Source: Escherichia coli
Lineage (GTDB): Bacteria; Pseudomonadota; Gammaproteobacteria; Enterobacterales; Enterobacteriaceae
NCBI RefSeq assembly: GCF_003018255.1
Contig: NZ_CP027440.1
Length of the DNA: 64,000 nt
Direction: 5' to 3' (one strand)
Shown: positions 1 through 10,847 of the stretch, piece after piece
Layout of the letters: each line of letters begins with the position of its first letter
Numbering within the stretch: position 1 is the first letter of the stretch
Notes under the pieces: generated by a model
What the model was told of the DNA's origin: nothing
Database searches by the model: none
Seen by the model: the letters and a program-made list of their open reading frames with translations, nothing else
Position numbers and translations under genes: made by a program

Positions 1-663
1 CGGGAAGCAAGCGTTTCATCATCGGGCGGCGGTGCTTTGATAACCGGTGCTTCGCCTTGCAGATAACGATTAATATCGCGCAGCAACGCCTGCGGCCCTT
101 TCCAGGTTTCAAAGACCACCTGGGCAATTTCACGCGGCAGCGGGTAGCAGTGGCGACGCCAGAAATCGGCGCAGGCCTGGTAGCGTAGCAGAGACTCATC
201 TTCAATCAGCTGCTGCTCAAACAGCATGCCGGATTCAAAGGCATTCAGGTTGAGCATGCGCTGGCAAAAACCGTGAATAGTAAAGACTGCCGCTTCATCC
301 ATCTGCCGTTCGGCTAACAACAACCACTGCGCGGCTTGCGCTTTATCGTCGATCTCCTCCAGCAGGAGTTTGTACAGTGGATTGTCGGTGGTTTCACGCA
401 GACAGGCGATGCGCAACTCGTGGATATTGCTACGGATACGACCGCGCAATTCTGCCGTGGCAGCCTCGGTAAAGGTGACCACCAGCAGTTCTTCAACGGT
501 CAGCGGGCGGGGAAAGGCGGCAGAACCGCCTAGTCCAAGTAACAGGCGCAAATAGAGCGCCGCAATCGTAAAGGTTTTGCCTGTGCCGGCAGAGGCTTCA
601 ATCAGGCGCTCGCCCTGTAAGGGCAAGCGCAAAGGATCTAGTGTCTCGGCGACATCACTCATT
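1..663 (-). CDS. recB: RecBCD helicase/nuclease subunit RecB, N-terminal fragment; the gene runs off the window start
   Basis: Reverse complement of 641-663 encodes MSDVAET; a Walker A motif (ASAGTGKTF) follows near aa 25-32. The start overlaps the ptrA stop. Confidence 0.9.
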
Positions 664-3543
664 CTTTTCACTCATCAGGGGCATTGTTTGCTGCAACGCG
701 CTGACGTTCTCCCACACTTTCCAGCCTTCAGGATGCACATATTCGGCTTTCCCGTTCTGGCTGCCGGAAATCTGCGACAGAATAGCCATGCCTTGCGGCT
801 CGACCACCGCCTGATGGAAGAAATCAGCAAGTTTTTGCGGCGTCAGCAGTTTTATCTGGGCCACGATTTTATCACGCGAATCGAAGCGCATATTGCCGCG
901 ATCGAAATCTTTACTTAACTTCGATGCTTCTTCGCCGAGCGTTTGCGGTGCCTGCAGCATCTGGGTTATTACCGCCTGCTGGATTTGCGCAAACTCCTCT
1001 GGCTTCATCGCCCGCAATTTTGCCTCTGCGGTTGGGAAAAACGCCTTGTAACGCTCCCACAAGAATGAAGGCTGTTTATCATTGCTTTGCAAAAGGAAGC
1101 CCATGCCCCACTGACGCCCCACGCTCATTGGAAACGCAAACACGGCATAGCCCAACTGTTCTTCGGTACGCAACTGATTGTAGAACCACGGCTGTACGAT
1201 CTGCCCCAACAGAGAGCTATAGGCTGAGCTGGTGTATTCATCGTAGCCAGTCGGTACAAATACCGCTGCCAGTGCGGAGTCGGTGCTGTTACCGGCTTTT
1301 TCAAAGATGACAGATTGTTTTTTATCGACCACGACATCTTTGTTACGGCACCACTCCGAACCATCAGCGCCCAACTGTTTTTGCACATCGCGTGCCAGCG
1401 TTGTTGCCTGGGCTTCGGTCATGTTGCCAATAACCATAAACTCTGGTCGAGCCCCTGATTTTAAGGCGTCGCGATAGGCCAGCACCTCTTTCAAAGTGAT
1501 TGAAGGCAAAATTTTGCGCCGTTCATCTCGCGAGAAGTACGGCACTTGCGAGAGCATCTGCGCGGGCATAATCGCCTGCTCGAACGCTTTGCCCTTTTCT
1601 GCGGAATCCATCATCTGGTTATACCAGGACTTCGCCTGCTCAAGCTGATCTTCCGTAGCGGTATAGCTAAAGTACCCCTCGAGCAATGCCTGGAACAGCT
1701 GCGGCAGACGCTGGGTGTAACCATTAGCATTAACCATAAGGCCGTTGTTAGCGTTGGTGGAAAAACTAATGCCACCAACCGACGCCTGGTTGCTTAACTG
1801 ATCAAGCGCTAGCCCGGCAAGATAATCATTGAGCGCAAACATCACCTGATTGCGGGCGCTGTCCATGGCTTTCGGATTACGCAAAATCAGGCTGACATCA
1901 GCTTTGGGTTCGCTGGAAAAATAACGGCTTGGCGCATAGACCACACGCAGATTCGACTCATCAACAATAAGCTCTGGATGGTCATATTTCTTCTCTGACT
2001 TAATCAGCGAGAAATCGTCAGGAATATAGGGGTTAAGCTCTGGCAAAGAGAGCGCAATGTCGGCGGCTTTTTTCTGCCAGTCAGCGAAAGTTTGTGCGCT
2101 AATTTTATCGACCTGATACGGCGCATCGACAAAGTAAGCCGTTTTGTTGTGCGGCTCTTTCGGGCTGATATACCAGATACGCGCATTCTGCGGCGTCATC
2201 ATCGCCAGGCGTTCTTTTACTGCTTTAGCGTCGTACCGATCGGCAATATTGACTGCATCCAGCGTATGCTCAACAGGAACGCGAATCATGGTATCTGCCA
2301 GCCATTCGACGTAATCCATATCACGGGTGATTGACGGATAACGAAAGTCGATATCCAGCACATTCGCCAGTTCATCGAAGTATTGTTTATCAATCCCTTT
2401 TTCGCGTAACAGATTGAGGTAGCTAAAAATGGCCGCCACAACCTGATCGCGATTCGCCAGACCTTTATCGGTTAAAGACGCAGAGATCGCTAATACGCCG
2501 CTGTTGCCGTTGACGATAGGATCGGAATTGGCGCTAATGCCCTCAACTAATCCCTGCTTTTGCAGCCAGTCAGAAAGTGTACCTGGGCTGCGATTACCGA
2601 TCAGATAGGTAATCAATTCATCCGTTTTACTACGGAACTTCGCTGAATTGTTATCGATGCGAAACTCAACGCGCAGAACTTTACGCGGCAGCGCCGGGAC
2701 GTAATGAATGATAATACCTTTTTGCGCGTCGGTGACTACCGGCACGGTGATTTCCGGTTTTTTGCTCTCTTTGTTCGGCACGCGACCAAAGGTGTCCGCC
2801 GCCATTTTTGCCAACTCCGGCAGCGGTTTATTGCTGTAAATAACCGCCTTCATCAGATTGGCAGAGTAATATTTCTCGTGAAAATCTTTCAGCGCCTGCT
2901 GCACCGGATTTCCGGGTTTGTCGCTTAAAGTTTCGAGGTTACCACCAGAAAACTTTGAACCGGGGTGTGCCGGGTTAATGGTTTCTGCGCTGACCTGTGC
3001 CATGCGCATCCCGTCACGCGTACGCGCCATGGTTAATTCGGCATTCACTGCATTACGTTCACGTTCGGCGTATTTCTTGTCGAGCAAGGGTTCTGCAATA
3101 GCGTCCGCCAGGCGGTCTACCGCACCGGGCAAGGCGTCGTTCTCAACTTCCAGATAGAAAGCCGTGCGATACGGTGCCGTGCTGGCATTGTGACTGCCGC
3201 CGTGCATTTTGAGATATTCGGCCAGACTGTCAGCCTGCGGGTACTTTTTCGACCCCATCAGACTCATATGTTCAAGGTAATGTGCCAGCCCCTGGTACGC
3301 CTCGGGATCTTCCAGCGACCCAACGGGCACTACCAGCGCCGAGAGCGATTTAACCGCCTGCGGATCAGAAACCAGCAAGACCACCATACCGTTATCCAGA
3401 CGTATAGCCTGATACTGGCGGTTATCTTTATCACTTTTACGGATGGTTTCCTGAATCGGCTGCCATCCCGTTTCTGCCTGACTTAAGGGTGCCCAAAGGG
3501 CAACAAACAACAATAATGCTTTGAACCAGGTGCTGCGGGGCAT
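655..3543 (-). CDS. ptrA: Protease III (pitrilysin), periplasmic M16 zinc metalloprotease
   Basis: 962-aa ORF with an N-terminal signal peptide and the inverted zinc-binding motif HYLEH. Confidence 0.93.
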   Translation of the reverse strand: MPRSTWFKALLLFVALWAPLSQAETGWQPIQETIRKSDKDNRQYQAIRLDNGMVVLLVSDPQAVKSLSALVVPVGSLEDPEAYQGLAHYLEHMSLMGSKKYPQADSLAEYLKMHGGSHNASTAPYRTAFYLEVENDALPGAVDRLADAIAEPLLDKKYAERERNAVNAELTMARTRDGMRMAQVSAETINPAHPGSKFSGGNLETLSDKPGNPVQQALKDFHEKYYSANLMKAVIYSNKPLPELAKMAADTFGRVPNKESKKPEITVPVVTDAQKGIIIHYVPALPRKVLRVEFRIDNNSAKFRSKTDELITYLIGNRSPGTLSDWLQKQGLVEGISANSDPIVNGNSGVLAISASLTDKGLANRDQVVAAIFSYLNLLREKGIDKQYFDELANVLDIDFRYPSITRDMDYVEWLADTMIRVPVEHTLDAVNIADRYDAKAVKERLAMMTPQNARIWYISPKEPHNKTAYFVDAPYQVDKISAQTFADWQKKAADIALSLPELNPYIPDDFSLIKSEKKYDHPELIVDESNLRVVYAPSRYFSSEPKADVSLILRNPKAMDSARNQVMFALNDYLAGLALDQLSNQASVGGISFSTNANNGLMVNANGYTQRLPQLFQALLEGYFSYTATEDQLEQAKSWYNQMMDSAEKGKAFEQAIMPAQMLSQVPYFSRDERRKILPSITLKEVLAYRDALKSGARPEFMVIGNMTEAQATTLARDVQKQLGADGSEWCRNKDVVVDKKQSVIFEKAGNSTDSALAAVFVPTGYDEYTSSAYSSLLGQIVQPWFYNQLRTEEQLGYAVFAFPMSVGRQWGMGFLLQSNDKQPSFLWERYKAFFPTAEAKLRAMKPEEFAQIQQAVITQMLQAPQTLGEEASKLSKDFDRGNMRFDSRDKIVAQIKLLTPQKLADFFHQAVVEPQGMAILSQISGSQNGKAEYVHPEGWKVWENVSALQQTMPLMSEKNE

Positions 3544-3718
3544 TCACGGACCTCATAATCAACTTTATTTTCTGGCCAGATTCAACAGGTTAACGCAAAT
3601 CATCTGCCAGAATTTAATCTTGTGCTGAACGAGTCAGCCTATGTCTATATATCCATCAGTCCGTGACTGGTGCGCATCATAAAGCAAGCAGATATATTGC
3701 GCAATTTTTATACAGCAC

Positions 3719-6700
3719 TCATGACTGATTAAAGCGAAACAGCGGTAACAGGAAACGTTGCGACTGTTCAACGATAGCCTCCATTGTCTCTGGTGTTAAT
3801 TGCCGCCAGAGCCGTTGATACCAGATATCATCACCTTCGCCACGCACCATCATGTTGCCTTCGTAAGCCTGAAGGAATTTCGTACGGGCTTTTTGTAACG
3901 TGGAATCGTCATCCAGCATGGCATCGTTTTGCGCGTCATAACAGGTTTTTAGCCACGCGCCGCCACTTTCAGGTAACACCAGCAATGGCGCGGACATTCC
4001 TTCACGATACCCCTCAATCAGTTGTGAGAGGTAATGCAAAGCCTGTTCGGCTGCAAGCGGCGGAAAACGCCACTCGCCGTCTTTGCGTAGAAAAAGGCGA
4101 CTTTCACCATTACCACCGCTGGCACAGTAGACAAGGTGTTCCAGCCAAAGTTGCATTCCCTGCGCCACACTTAATAAAGAGGGACGCCAGCGCAACAGGC
4201 CATCCGGCTGCACCTGCGGCAACCAGCCAGTTATCTGCACACCGTTGCAGGCGAGATCAATTTCCATACTCTGCCCCGGCTGGCGACGTGCAATGACTCT
4301 GTCGGCAAGCTGCTGCATCTCCTGGCACTGTGTTTCCCAGAAAATTTCACCAAAAGCGCCATACGGTAAATCCCCTGCCGCCCGGAAGCGGCGGAATAAG
4401 CGATCGGCATCATCCTGCTCAACCAGTGCATTCAATAACTGCTGATTGATTTGATAACGGCTAAGCCCTTCCAGAATAAATGGCTCGGTGTCGGGGATTT
4501 CGCTGTCTTCAGTACGGAAGTTCACCTGCAAACGCATCTGGAAGAACGCCCGTACCGGATGTGCCCAGAATCGTTGTAGCGTTTCCAGCGGCACGGTTTC
4601 CGGTAAGGTAAACGGCAGCGGCTGAACAAATTCAGAATGTGCTTTACCAGCCTGGCTGGCCGCAGGTAGCCATTCACGAGCATAGCTTTGTCGTTCGCCT
4701 GGCTGGTAGTTTTGCGGATCAAACGGCATCCGGGTATGGAGGCAAGTAAGATGCGCTTTTACCCTTGCCTCGCTTTCATCACAGTTGAGCGCTTCATCGC
4801 CCGGTAGATAATGGCTTTGCCCGATGTAGTCGATCAGTTCCTGCACCAGTACCGACGGGAAACGTTCACTGTTATCCTGAATAGAACGCCCGATATAGCT
4901 GATATAGAGTTTTTGCTGCGCGGAAATTAACGCTTCCAGGAACAGATAGCGGTCGTCATCGCGACGGCTACGGTCGCCACGCTTCGGTTTCTGGCTCATC
5001 AGGTCAAAGCCCAATGGCGCAAGCTGGCGTGGATAAACGCCGTCGTTCATTCCCAGCAGGCAAACCACTTTGAATGGGATGGAACGCATTGGCATCAGAG
5101 TACAAATGTTAACCGGTCCGGCGAGAAAACGCTGGCTGATACGTTCCTGATCCAGGCGCTGTGCCAGTTCATCACGCAATAGTGACAGCGGCACCGCGTC
5201 GCCATACTGCGCACCTAAACCTTCGGCGATAATCGCCTGCCATTGTTGTTCGATCAGCGTCATAGCCGCTTCGGTTTCCGCATCCGGCAGGAAGAAGGCG
5301 TTGAGCATATCGCGACAAACCGGCAACCACTCTTCCAGCGGACGCTCCTGCGCCAGCCCGCGACGCCAGATGTTTAGCTGCATTAGCAGTGAAGCCAGAT
5401 GCCCCACCAGTTCTGCAATTAAGCCGCTCGATTCATCATAAGGTAGAACCGATTGCCACTCGCCCTGCGCGCTCTCCATCGCGTAGCCCAGCAACATACG
5501 CGTCAGGCCAAATCGCCAGGTGTGTTGTCCGGTGGCGGGGAGTTCCAGCTCGCGAACGTTGTCGTCATCTATCCCCCAACGAATGCCGGATTCGTTGACC
5601 CACTGGCGTAAATAACGCAGCCCTTCTTCGGTGATGTCAAACCGCGCCGCCAGCACCGGCACATCCAGCAGCGCCAGCACATCCTCTGACACAAAGCGAC
5701 TGTCAGGCAGTGATAACAGGCTGATAAACGCTTCCAATACCGGATGTGACTGCCGCGCCCGACGGTCGGAAATGGCGTAAGGCAGGTAACGATCCGCAGG
5801 TGCGCTACCAAACACAGCCTGAATAAACGGACTGTAGCTGTCGATGTCGGCCACCATCACGATGATGTCGCGCGGAGTCAGTGTCGGGTCTTCCTCCAGC
5901 ATCGCCAGCAGGCGATCGTGTAAAACTTCAACTTCACGCTGCGGGCTATGGCAAACGTGAAAGGTGATACTGCTATCCAGTGGATCAAGCGGGCGTTTGT
6001 TATCGCTACGGGAAAACTCTTCGATGTTTACACCAGCAACGGCGCGGTTTTCCAGTTCCAGAATGTCAGACTGAATGTTATGCAGCAGGTTATCTGGCGT
6101 AACATCGACAAAAGCGTCCAGCTCCTGGCTGCTCTCCAGATCAGAAAGGAGATAAATGTAGTCGCGCCCAAGCTTGCCCCATGAGGCCAGCAGCGGGTTG
6201 CCGACATCCTGTTCACCATCGCTGTTAAAGAGCTGCCCGGCATTTTCGCTGTCGCGAAATAGCGGTAATTCTCGATCTTCAAAACTGTGTCGGCGCTGGC
6301 GAGTCAGTAGTTTCGCCAGATAAGCAGGATCTTTAATGTCGCCCCAGTAATAACGGCAGGGGTTGGTAAACAGGAGATGGATTTCAATATGTTTACCCAG
6401 CGCCTGGAGTGCCTGGAGATAAACAGGCGGTAACGCGGAAATACCGCATATAAAGACGCGCGAAGGTAACCCCGGCGGGCAGGTCGTCGCGGACTCCAGC
6501 GTTTCGATAAAGCGCTGATAGAGATTGGCGCGGTGCCAGCGCGGTTGCCCGAGTTCATGGGTATATTCCACCAACGCCTTCCACAACGGCGCTTGCCAGG
6601 CCTGTGCTTCTCCCAGCCCTTCAACCAAATGTCCTATTTCCCACTGTGCCAGCCAGTCCGGACGATAGACCAGATACTGGTCAAACAGGTCCGCCGCTTT

Positions 6701-7087
6701 TGAAGAAAGCTGGAACAGTTTTCGCTTGTCGCTATCGTCAGTCAGATAATGCCGCAACAGGGTAAAGTCTTCGCGCTCCAACAGTTGCGGCAGCAGAGTC
6801 ATCAGTTTCCAGCTCATGCTCTGTTTGTTAAAGGCGCTCTCTTTGGGGATTTCCGGTAACACCCGGACGAACATATCCCAGATAAAGCTCGCTGGCAGCG
6901 GAAAATCAATGTTTGCCGCAATACCAAACTTTTGCGACAGGGTCATTTGCAGCCACTGCGCCATACCGGTACTTTGCACCAGAATCATTTCTGGTTCGAA
7001 AGGATCGTCCAGCCGTTCGCGTTCGACGATAAACTCCATCAACGCTTCCAGCACGTCCAGACGATTGGAATGGTAGACCCTTAACAT
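3719..7087 (-). CDS. recC: RecBCD subunit RecC
   Basis: 1122-aa ORF of RecC length, in the conserved recB-ptrA-recC arrangement. Confidence 0.93.
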   Translation of the reverse strand: MLRVYHSNRLDVLEALMEFIVERERLDDPFEPEMILVQSTGMAQWLQMTLSQKFGIAANIDFPLPASFIWDMFVRVLPEIPKESAFNKQSMSWKLMTLLPQLLEREDFTLLRHYLTDDSDKRKLFQLSSKAADLFDQYLVYRPDWLAQWEIGHLVEGLGEAQAWQAPLWKALVEYTHELGQPRWHRANLYQRFIETLESATTCPPGLPSRVFICGISALPPVYLQALQALGKHIEIHLLFTNPCRYYWGDIKDPAYLAKLLTRQRRHSFEDRELPLFRDSENAGQLFNSDGEQDVGNPLLASWGKLGRDYIYLLSDLESSQELDAFVDVTPDNLLHNIQSDILELENRAVAGVNIEEFSRSDNKRPLDPLDSSITFHVCHSPQREVEVLHDRLLAMLEEDPTLTPRDIIVMVADIDSYSPFIQAVFGSAPADRYLPYAISDRRARQSHPVLEAFISLLSLPDSRFVSEDVLALLDVPVLAARFDITEEGLRYLRQWVNESGIRWGIDDDNVRELELPATGQHTWRFGLTRMLLGYAMESAQGEWQSVLPYDESSGLIAELVGHLASLLMQLNIWRRGLAQERPLEEWLPVCRDMLNAFFLPDAETEAAMTLIEQQWQAIIAEGLGAQYGDAVPLSLLRDELAQRLDQERISQRFLAGPVNICTLMPMRSIPFKVVCLLGMNDGVYPRQLAPLGFDLMSQKPKRGDRSRRDDDRYLFLEALISAQQKLYISYIGRSIQDNSERFPSVLVQELIDYIGQSHYLPGDEALNCDESEARVKAHLTCLHTRMPFDPQNYQPGERQSYAREWLPAASQAGKAHSEFVQPLPFTLPETVPLETLQRFWAHPVRAFFQMRLQVNFRTEDSEIPDTEPFILEGLSRYQINQQLLNALVEQDDADRLFRRFRAAGDLPYGAFGEIFWETQCQEMQQLADRVIARRQPGQSMEIDLACNGVQITGWLPQVQPDGLLRWRPSLLSVAQGMQLWLEHLVYCASGGNGESRLFLRKDGEWRFPPLAAEQALHYLSQLIEGYREGMSAPLLVLPESGGAWLKTCYDAQNDAMLDDDSTLQKARTKFLQAYEGNMMVRGEGDDIWYQRLWRQLTPETMEAIVEQSQRFLLPLFRFNQS

Positions 7088-7099
7088 AGCGGCTCCTGA

Positions 7100-7423
7100 C
7101 TACTGACGATTCGGGCAATGCAGGCGGGTCATCTCGCCTTCTCTGCCCCCGGGTGAAACTAGCGTAACGCTGATGCTGACACATCCCGCCTGCGATGTCT
7201 GCATTCGGTTGACCTGCCAGTTAGCAGGTGGCGAAATCGCGCGCAGTTGCGTTTGCTGCCAGCCATGCCGCCAGAGCTGTTGGTACTGGTTTCTGCTGGC
7301 AAGACTGTTCATTAATGTTCGCTGGAAACCCGATAACGCAGTGACAATCATCACCATCAACACCATCGCCAACATTACCTCCGGCAGACTAAAGCCTTGT
7401 TGATTCCTCAGGGAAGCTGACAT
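7100..7423 (-). CDS. ppdC: Prepilin-like protein PpdC
   Basis: Internal start [17 protein letters not shown] gives 107 aa with a prepilin-type N-terminus; the longer 136-aa frame is taken as a spurious upstream extension. Confidence 0.75.
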   Translation of the reverse strand: MSASLRNQQGFSLPEVMLAMVLMVMIVTALSGFQRTLMNSLASRNQYQQLWRHGWQQTQLRAISPPANWQVNRMQTSQAGCVSISVTLVSPGGREGEMTRLHCPNRQ

Positions 7424-7815
7424 AACGCCCTCTCTTTCAGCGGACAAAAATCGCTCCAGCCGCGTGGCGAAAAAACAATGTTTCCATCGATGACTTCGCC
7501 TGTTCGCCACAACGAAACGCCTTCATAACCAGCAATCAATAAGGCTTCATTATCTGCCAGTAAACGCAGACAAACCCGGGCACCGGTGGCAGCATACAGT
7601 AAGCACTGAACTGCGGGCAGCGTCTGCCAGGAGTGCATTTTTCCCCACTCCAGCGCCGACTGAACGATGGCCTGGCGGCGCAATGACTGACTTTCCATGC
7701 TCACGCGAGAAGCAAAACTGCGATCCTGCTGACTCATTCCTTGCAATAGCAAGCTACCCAAAATCAGCAGCATCAGGACCAGAGCCAGTGACGAAACACC
7801 CTTTTCGCGGTTCAC
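7408..7815 (-). CDS. ygdB: Small membrane-anchored protein YgdB of the ppd operon
   Basis: 135-aa ORF with a hydrophobic N-terminus; overlaps ppdC by 16 nt and ppdB by 4 nt. Confidence 0.75.
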   Translation of the reverse strand: MNREKGVSSLALVLMLLILGSLLLQGMSQQDRSFASRVSMESQSLRRQAIVQSALEWGKMHSWQTLPAVQCLLYAATGARVCLRLLADNEALLIAGYEGVSLWRTGEVIDGNIVFSPRGWSDFCPLKERALCQLP

Positions 7816-8375
7816 AGGTTGGATCCTGTCACGCTATAGCTGGCATCCACCACGGTTTGCGGATCAGCCTTGCTGGCAGCGTGCATATTAACCGTCAACA
7901 CCGGCGAGAAGCCGCTGACATCCTGACGTACGACCTGAAAAGTGTCGATAATGATGGCATCCGGATTAGTGACTTTATCCCAGCCCTTACCTTCACAGGA
8001 TGTCGCACCGCGTAGCGTTTCCAGCACATGCTCCTTCAGACGAAATCCAATCTGGTCGGACTCTTTTACCGGTTCGCGATCCCAGATACCATTACTGTTC
8101 GCATCCCACTGCACAATGACACAGTCACCCTGTCCGACAATTTCCAGCCCTTCGCCCGTACAGCTGCCATGGCAATAACCCGCCCTCTGGAGATGCTTCG
8201 CGACGGTAAATACCCGCAGCCAGATTTCATCTTCCAGCGCCAGCTTACGGGTGTTCGTTAAACTTTCACGCTGTAACGCAGGCAGAAAGCGTGCAGCCCC
8301 CAGCAACAATACGCTACTGATCGCCATAGCAATCAACACTTCCAGCAGAGAAAAACCTTGCTCTTTTACAGGCAT
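7812..8375 (-). CDS. ppdB: Prepilin-like protein PpdB
   Basis: Internal start [19 protein letters not shown] gives 187 aa with a prepilin N-terminal motif; the 267-aa frame is an upstream extension. Confidence 0.75.
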   Translation of the reverse strand: MPVKEQGFSLLEVLIAMAISSVLLLGAARFLPALQRESLTNTRKLALEDEIWLRVFTVAKHLQRAGYCHGSCTGEGLEIVGQGDCVIVQWDANSNGIWDREPVKESDQIGFRLKEHVLETLRGATSCEGKGWDKVTNPDAIIIDTFQVVRQDVSGFSPVLTVNMHAASKADPQTVVDASYSVTGSNL

Positions 8376-8836
8376 CCTTCTGTTTCTCCTTGCTGACAAA
8401 GCCGGAGTCTTCCCCACGGCGAAACCACTAGCCACCACTCGCCCGTTGAGTTTTTGAAGCGAATATGCCCGGCCCATGCGGTATTGCGCAGGCCAAAGAA
8501 AGCAAGCGAAGGTGTCAGGTCGCTCATTTCGACTTCGGGCCAGCGCGGCACAAAGACCAATGGTGAACTGCCATGACAGGTATTCGCCCCAGCAACGGAA
8601 CTCACAAGGCACCATAACGTCCCCTCCCTGATAAGACTGATACTGTGGTCGCGGTTATGCCAGTTGGCATCTTCACGTAAATAGAGCAAATAGTCCCGCG
8701 CCTGGCTGGCGGTTTGCCAAAGCCGTTGCGACTGCTGCCAGTATTGCCAGCCATAAAGCCCACTTGCGCTTAGCATGACCAGAATCAGCATCGCGACCAG
8801 CGTTTCAATCAGCGTATAACCACGTTGTGTTTTCAT
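8366..8836 (-). CDS. ppdA: Prepilin-like protein PpdA
   Basis: 156 aa; N-terminus [16 protein letters not shown] is a type IV prepilin leader with the conserved Glu. Confidence 0.82.
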   Translation of the reverse strand: MKTQRGYTLIETLVAMLILVMLSASGLYGWQYWQQSQRLWQTASQARDYLLYLREDANWHNRDHSISLIREGTLWCLVSSVAGANTCHGSSPLVFVPRWPEVEMSDLTPSLAFFGLRNTAWAGHIRFKNSTGEWWLVVSPWGRLRLCQQGETEGCL

Positions 8837-8971
8837 GCCGGCAGTATGGAGCGAGGAGAAAAAAAGACGAGGGCCAGTTTCTATTTCTTCGGCACATCTT
8901 CCGGACTATTTACGCCGTTGCAGGACGTTGCAAAATTTCGGGAAGGTGTCTCGAAGAATTTAACGGAGGGC

Positions 8972-8999
8972 AAAAAAAACCGACGCACACTGGCGTCGG
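8972..8999 (-). terminator. Rho-independent terminator downstream of thyA
   Basis: On the minus strand, a GC hairpin (CCGACGC / GCGTCGG) is followed by T8 (plus-strand A8 at 8972-8979). Confidence 0.6.
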
Positions 9000-9020
9000 C
9001 TCTGGCAGGATGTTTCGTAA

Positions 9021-9815
9021 TTAGATAGCCACCGGCGCTTTAATGCCCGGATGTGGATCGTATCCTTCAATCTCAAAGTCTTCGAAACGGTAGTCGAAGA
9101 TGGATTCGGGTTTACGTTTGATAATCAACTTCGGCAGCGGACGCGGTTCGCGGCTTAATTGCAGATGAGTTTGATCCATATGGTTGCTGTAGAGATGCGT
9201 GTCGCCACCGGTCCAGACAAAATCACCCACTTCCAGATCGCACTGCTGCGCCATCATATGCACCAGTAACGCGTAGCTGGCAATGTTGAACGGCAGGCCG
9301 AGGAAGACGTCACAGGAGCGCTGATAAAGCTGGCAAGAGAGTTTGCCGTCTGCCACATAGAACTGGAAGAATGCATGGCACGGTGCCAGCGCCATTTTAT
9401 CCAGTTCGCCTACGTTCCACGCTGAAACAATAATGCGGCGGGAATCCGGGTCGTTTTTCAGCTGGTTCAGTACAGTAGTGATCTGGTCAATATGACGACC
9501 ATCCGGCGTTGGCCAGGCGCGCCACTGTTTACCATACACTGGCCCGAGGTCGCCGTTTTCATCGGCCCATTCGTCCCAGATGGTGACATTGTTTTCGTGT
9601 AGATAAGCAATGTTAGTGTCGCCCTGCAGGAACCACAGCAGTTCGTGGATGATGGAACGCAGGTGGCAACGTTTAGTTGTCACCAGCGGGAATCCATCCT
9701 GCAGGTTAAAACGCATCTGATGACCAAAAATGGAAAGCGTTCCGGTTCCGGTACGGTCGTTTTTCTGTGTGCCTTCGTCGAGCACTTTTTGCATCAGTTC
9801 TAAATACTGTTTCAT
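9021..9815 (-). CDS. thyA: Thymidylate synthase
   Basis: 264 aa with the active-site region ...[11 protein letters not shown]... and the conserved C-terminus. Confidence 0.95.
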
Positions 9816-9821
9816 GGTTCC

Positions 9822-10697
9822 TCAGGAAACGTGTTGCTGTGGGCTGCGACGATATGCCCAGACCATCATGATCACACCCGCGACAATCATCGGGATGGAA
9901 AGAATTTGCCCCATGCTGATGTACTGCACCCAGGCACCAGTAAACTGCGCGTCGGGCTGGCGGAAAAACTCAACAATGATGCGAAACGCGCCGTAACCAA
10001 TCAGGAACAAGCCTGAGACAGCTCCCATTGGGCGCGGTTTACGAATATACAGGTTGAGGATAATAAACAGCACCACACCTTCCAGCAGCAGCTCGTAAAG
10101 CTGTGATGGGTGGCGCGGCAGCACACCGTAAGTGTCGAAAATGGATTGCCACTGCGGATTGGTTTGCAGCAGCAAAATATCTTCTGTACGGGAGCCAGGG
10201 AACAGCATGGCAAACGGGAAGTTCGGGTCAACGCGGCCCCACAATTCACCGTTAATAAAGTTGCCCAGGCGCCCGGCACCAAGACCAAACGGAATGAGTG
10301 GGGCAATAAAATCAGAGACCTGGAAGAAGGAACGTTTAGTACGGCGGGCGAAGATAATCATCACCACGATAACGCCAATCAGGCCTCCGTGGAAGGACAT
10401 GCCGCCGTCCCATACACGGAAAAGATACAGCGGATCGGCCATAAACTGCGGGAAATTGTAGAACAGAACATAACCAATACGTCCACCGAGGAAGACGCCG
10501 AGGAAGCCCGCATAGAGTAAGTTTTCAACTTCATTTTTGGTCCAGCCACTGCCCGGACGATTCGCCCGTCGTGTTGCCAGCCACATTGCAAAAATGAAAC
10601 CCACCAGATACATCAGGCCGTACCAGTGAAGCGCCACGGGTCCTATTGAGAAAATGACCGGATCAAACTCCGGAAAATGCAGATAGCTACTGGTCAT
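9822..10697 (-). CDS. lgt: Prolipoprotein diacylglyceryl transferase
   Basis: 291-aa polytopic membrane protein with the Lgt signature [12 protein letters not shown]; 6 bp upstream of thyA. Confidence 0.93.
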
Positions 10698-10847
10698 CTG
10701 TCACCACAAGTTCTTGTTATTTCGCTGAAAGAGAACAGCGATTGAAATGCACGCCGCAGGTTTCAGGCGCTCCAAAGGTGCGAATAATAGCACAAGGGGA
10801 CCTGGCTGGTTGCCGGATACCGTTAAAAAATATGTATATGATCCGCG

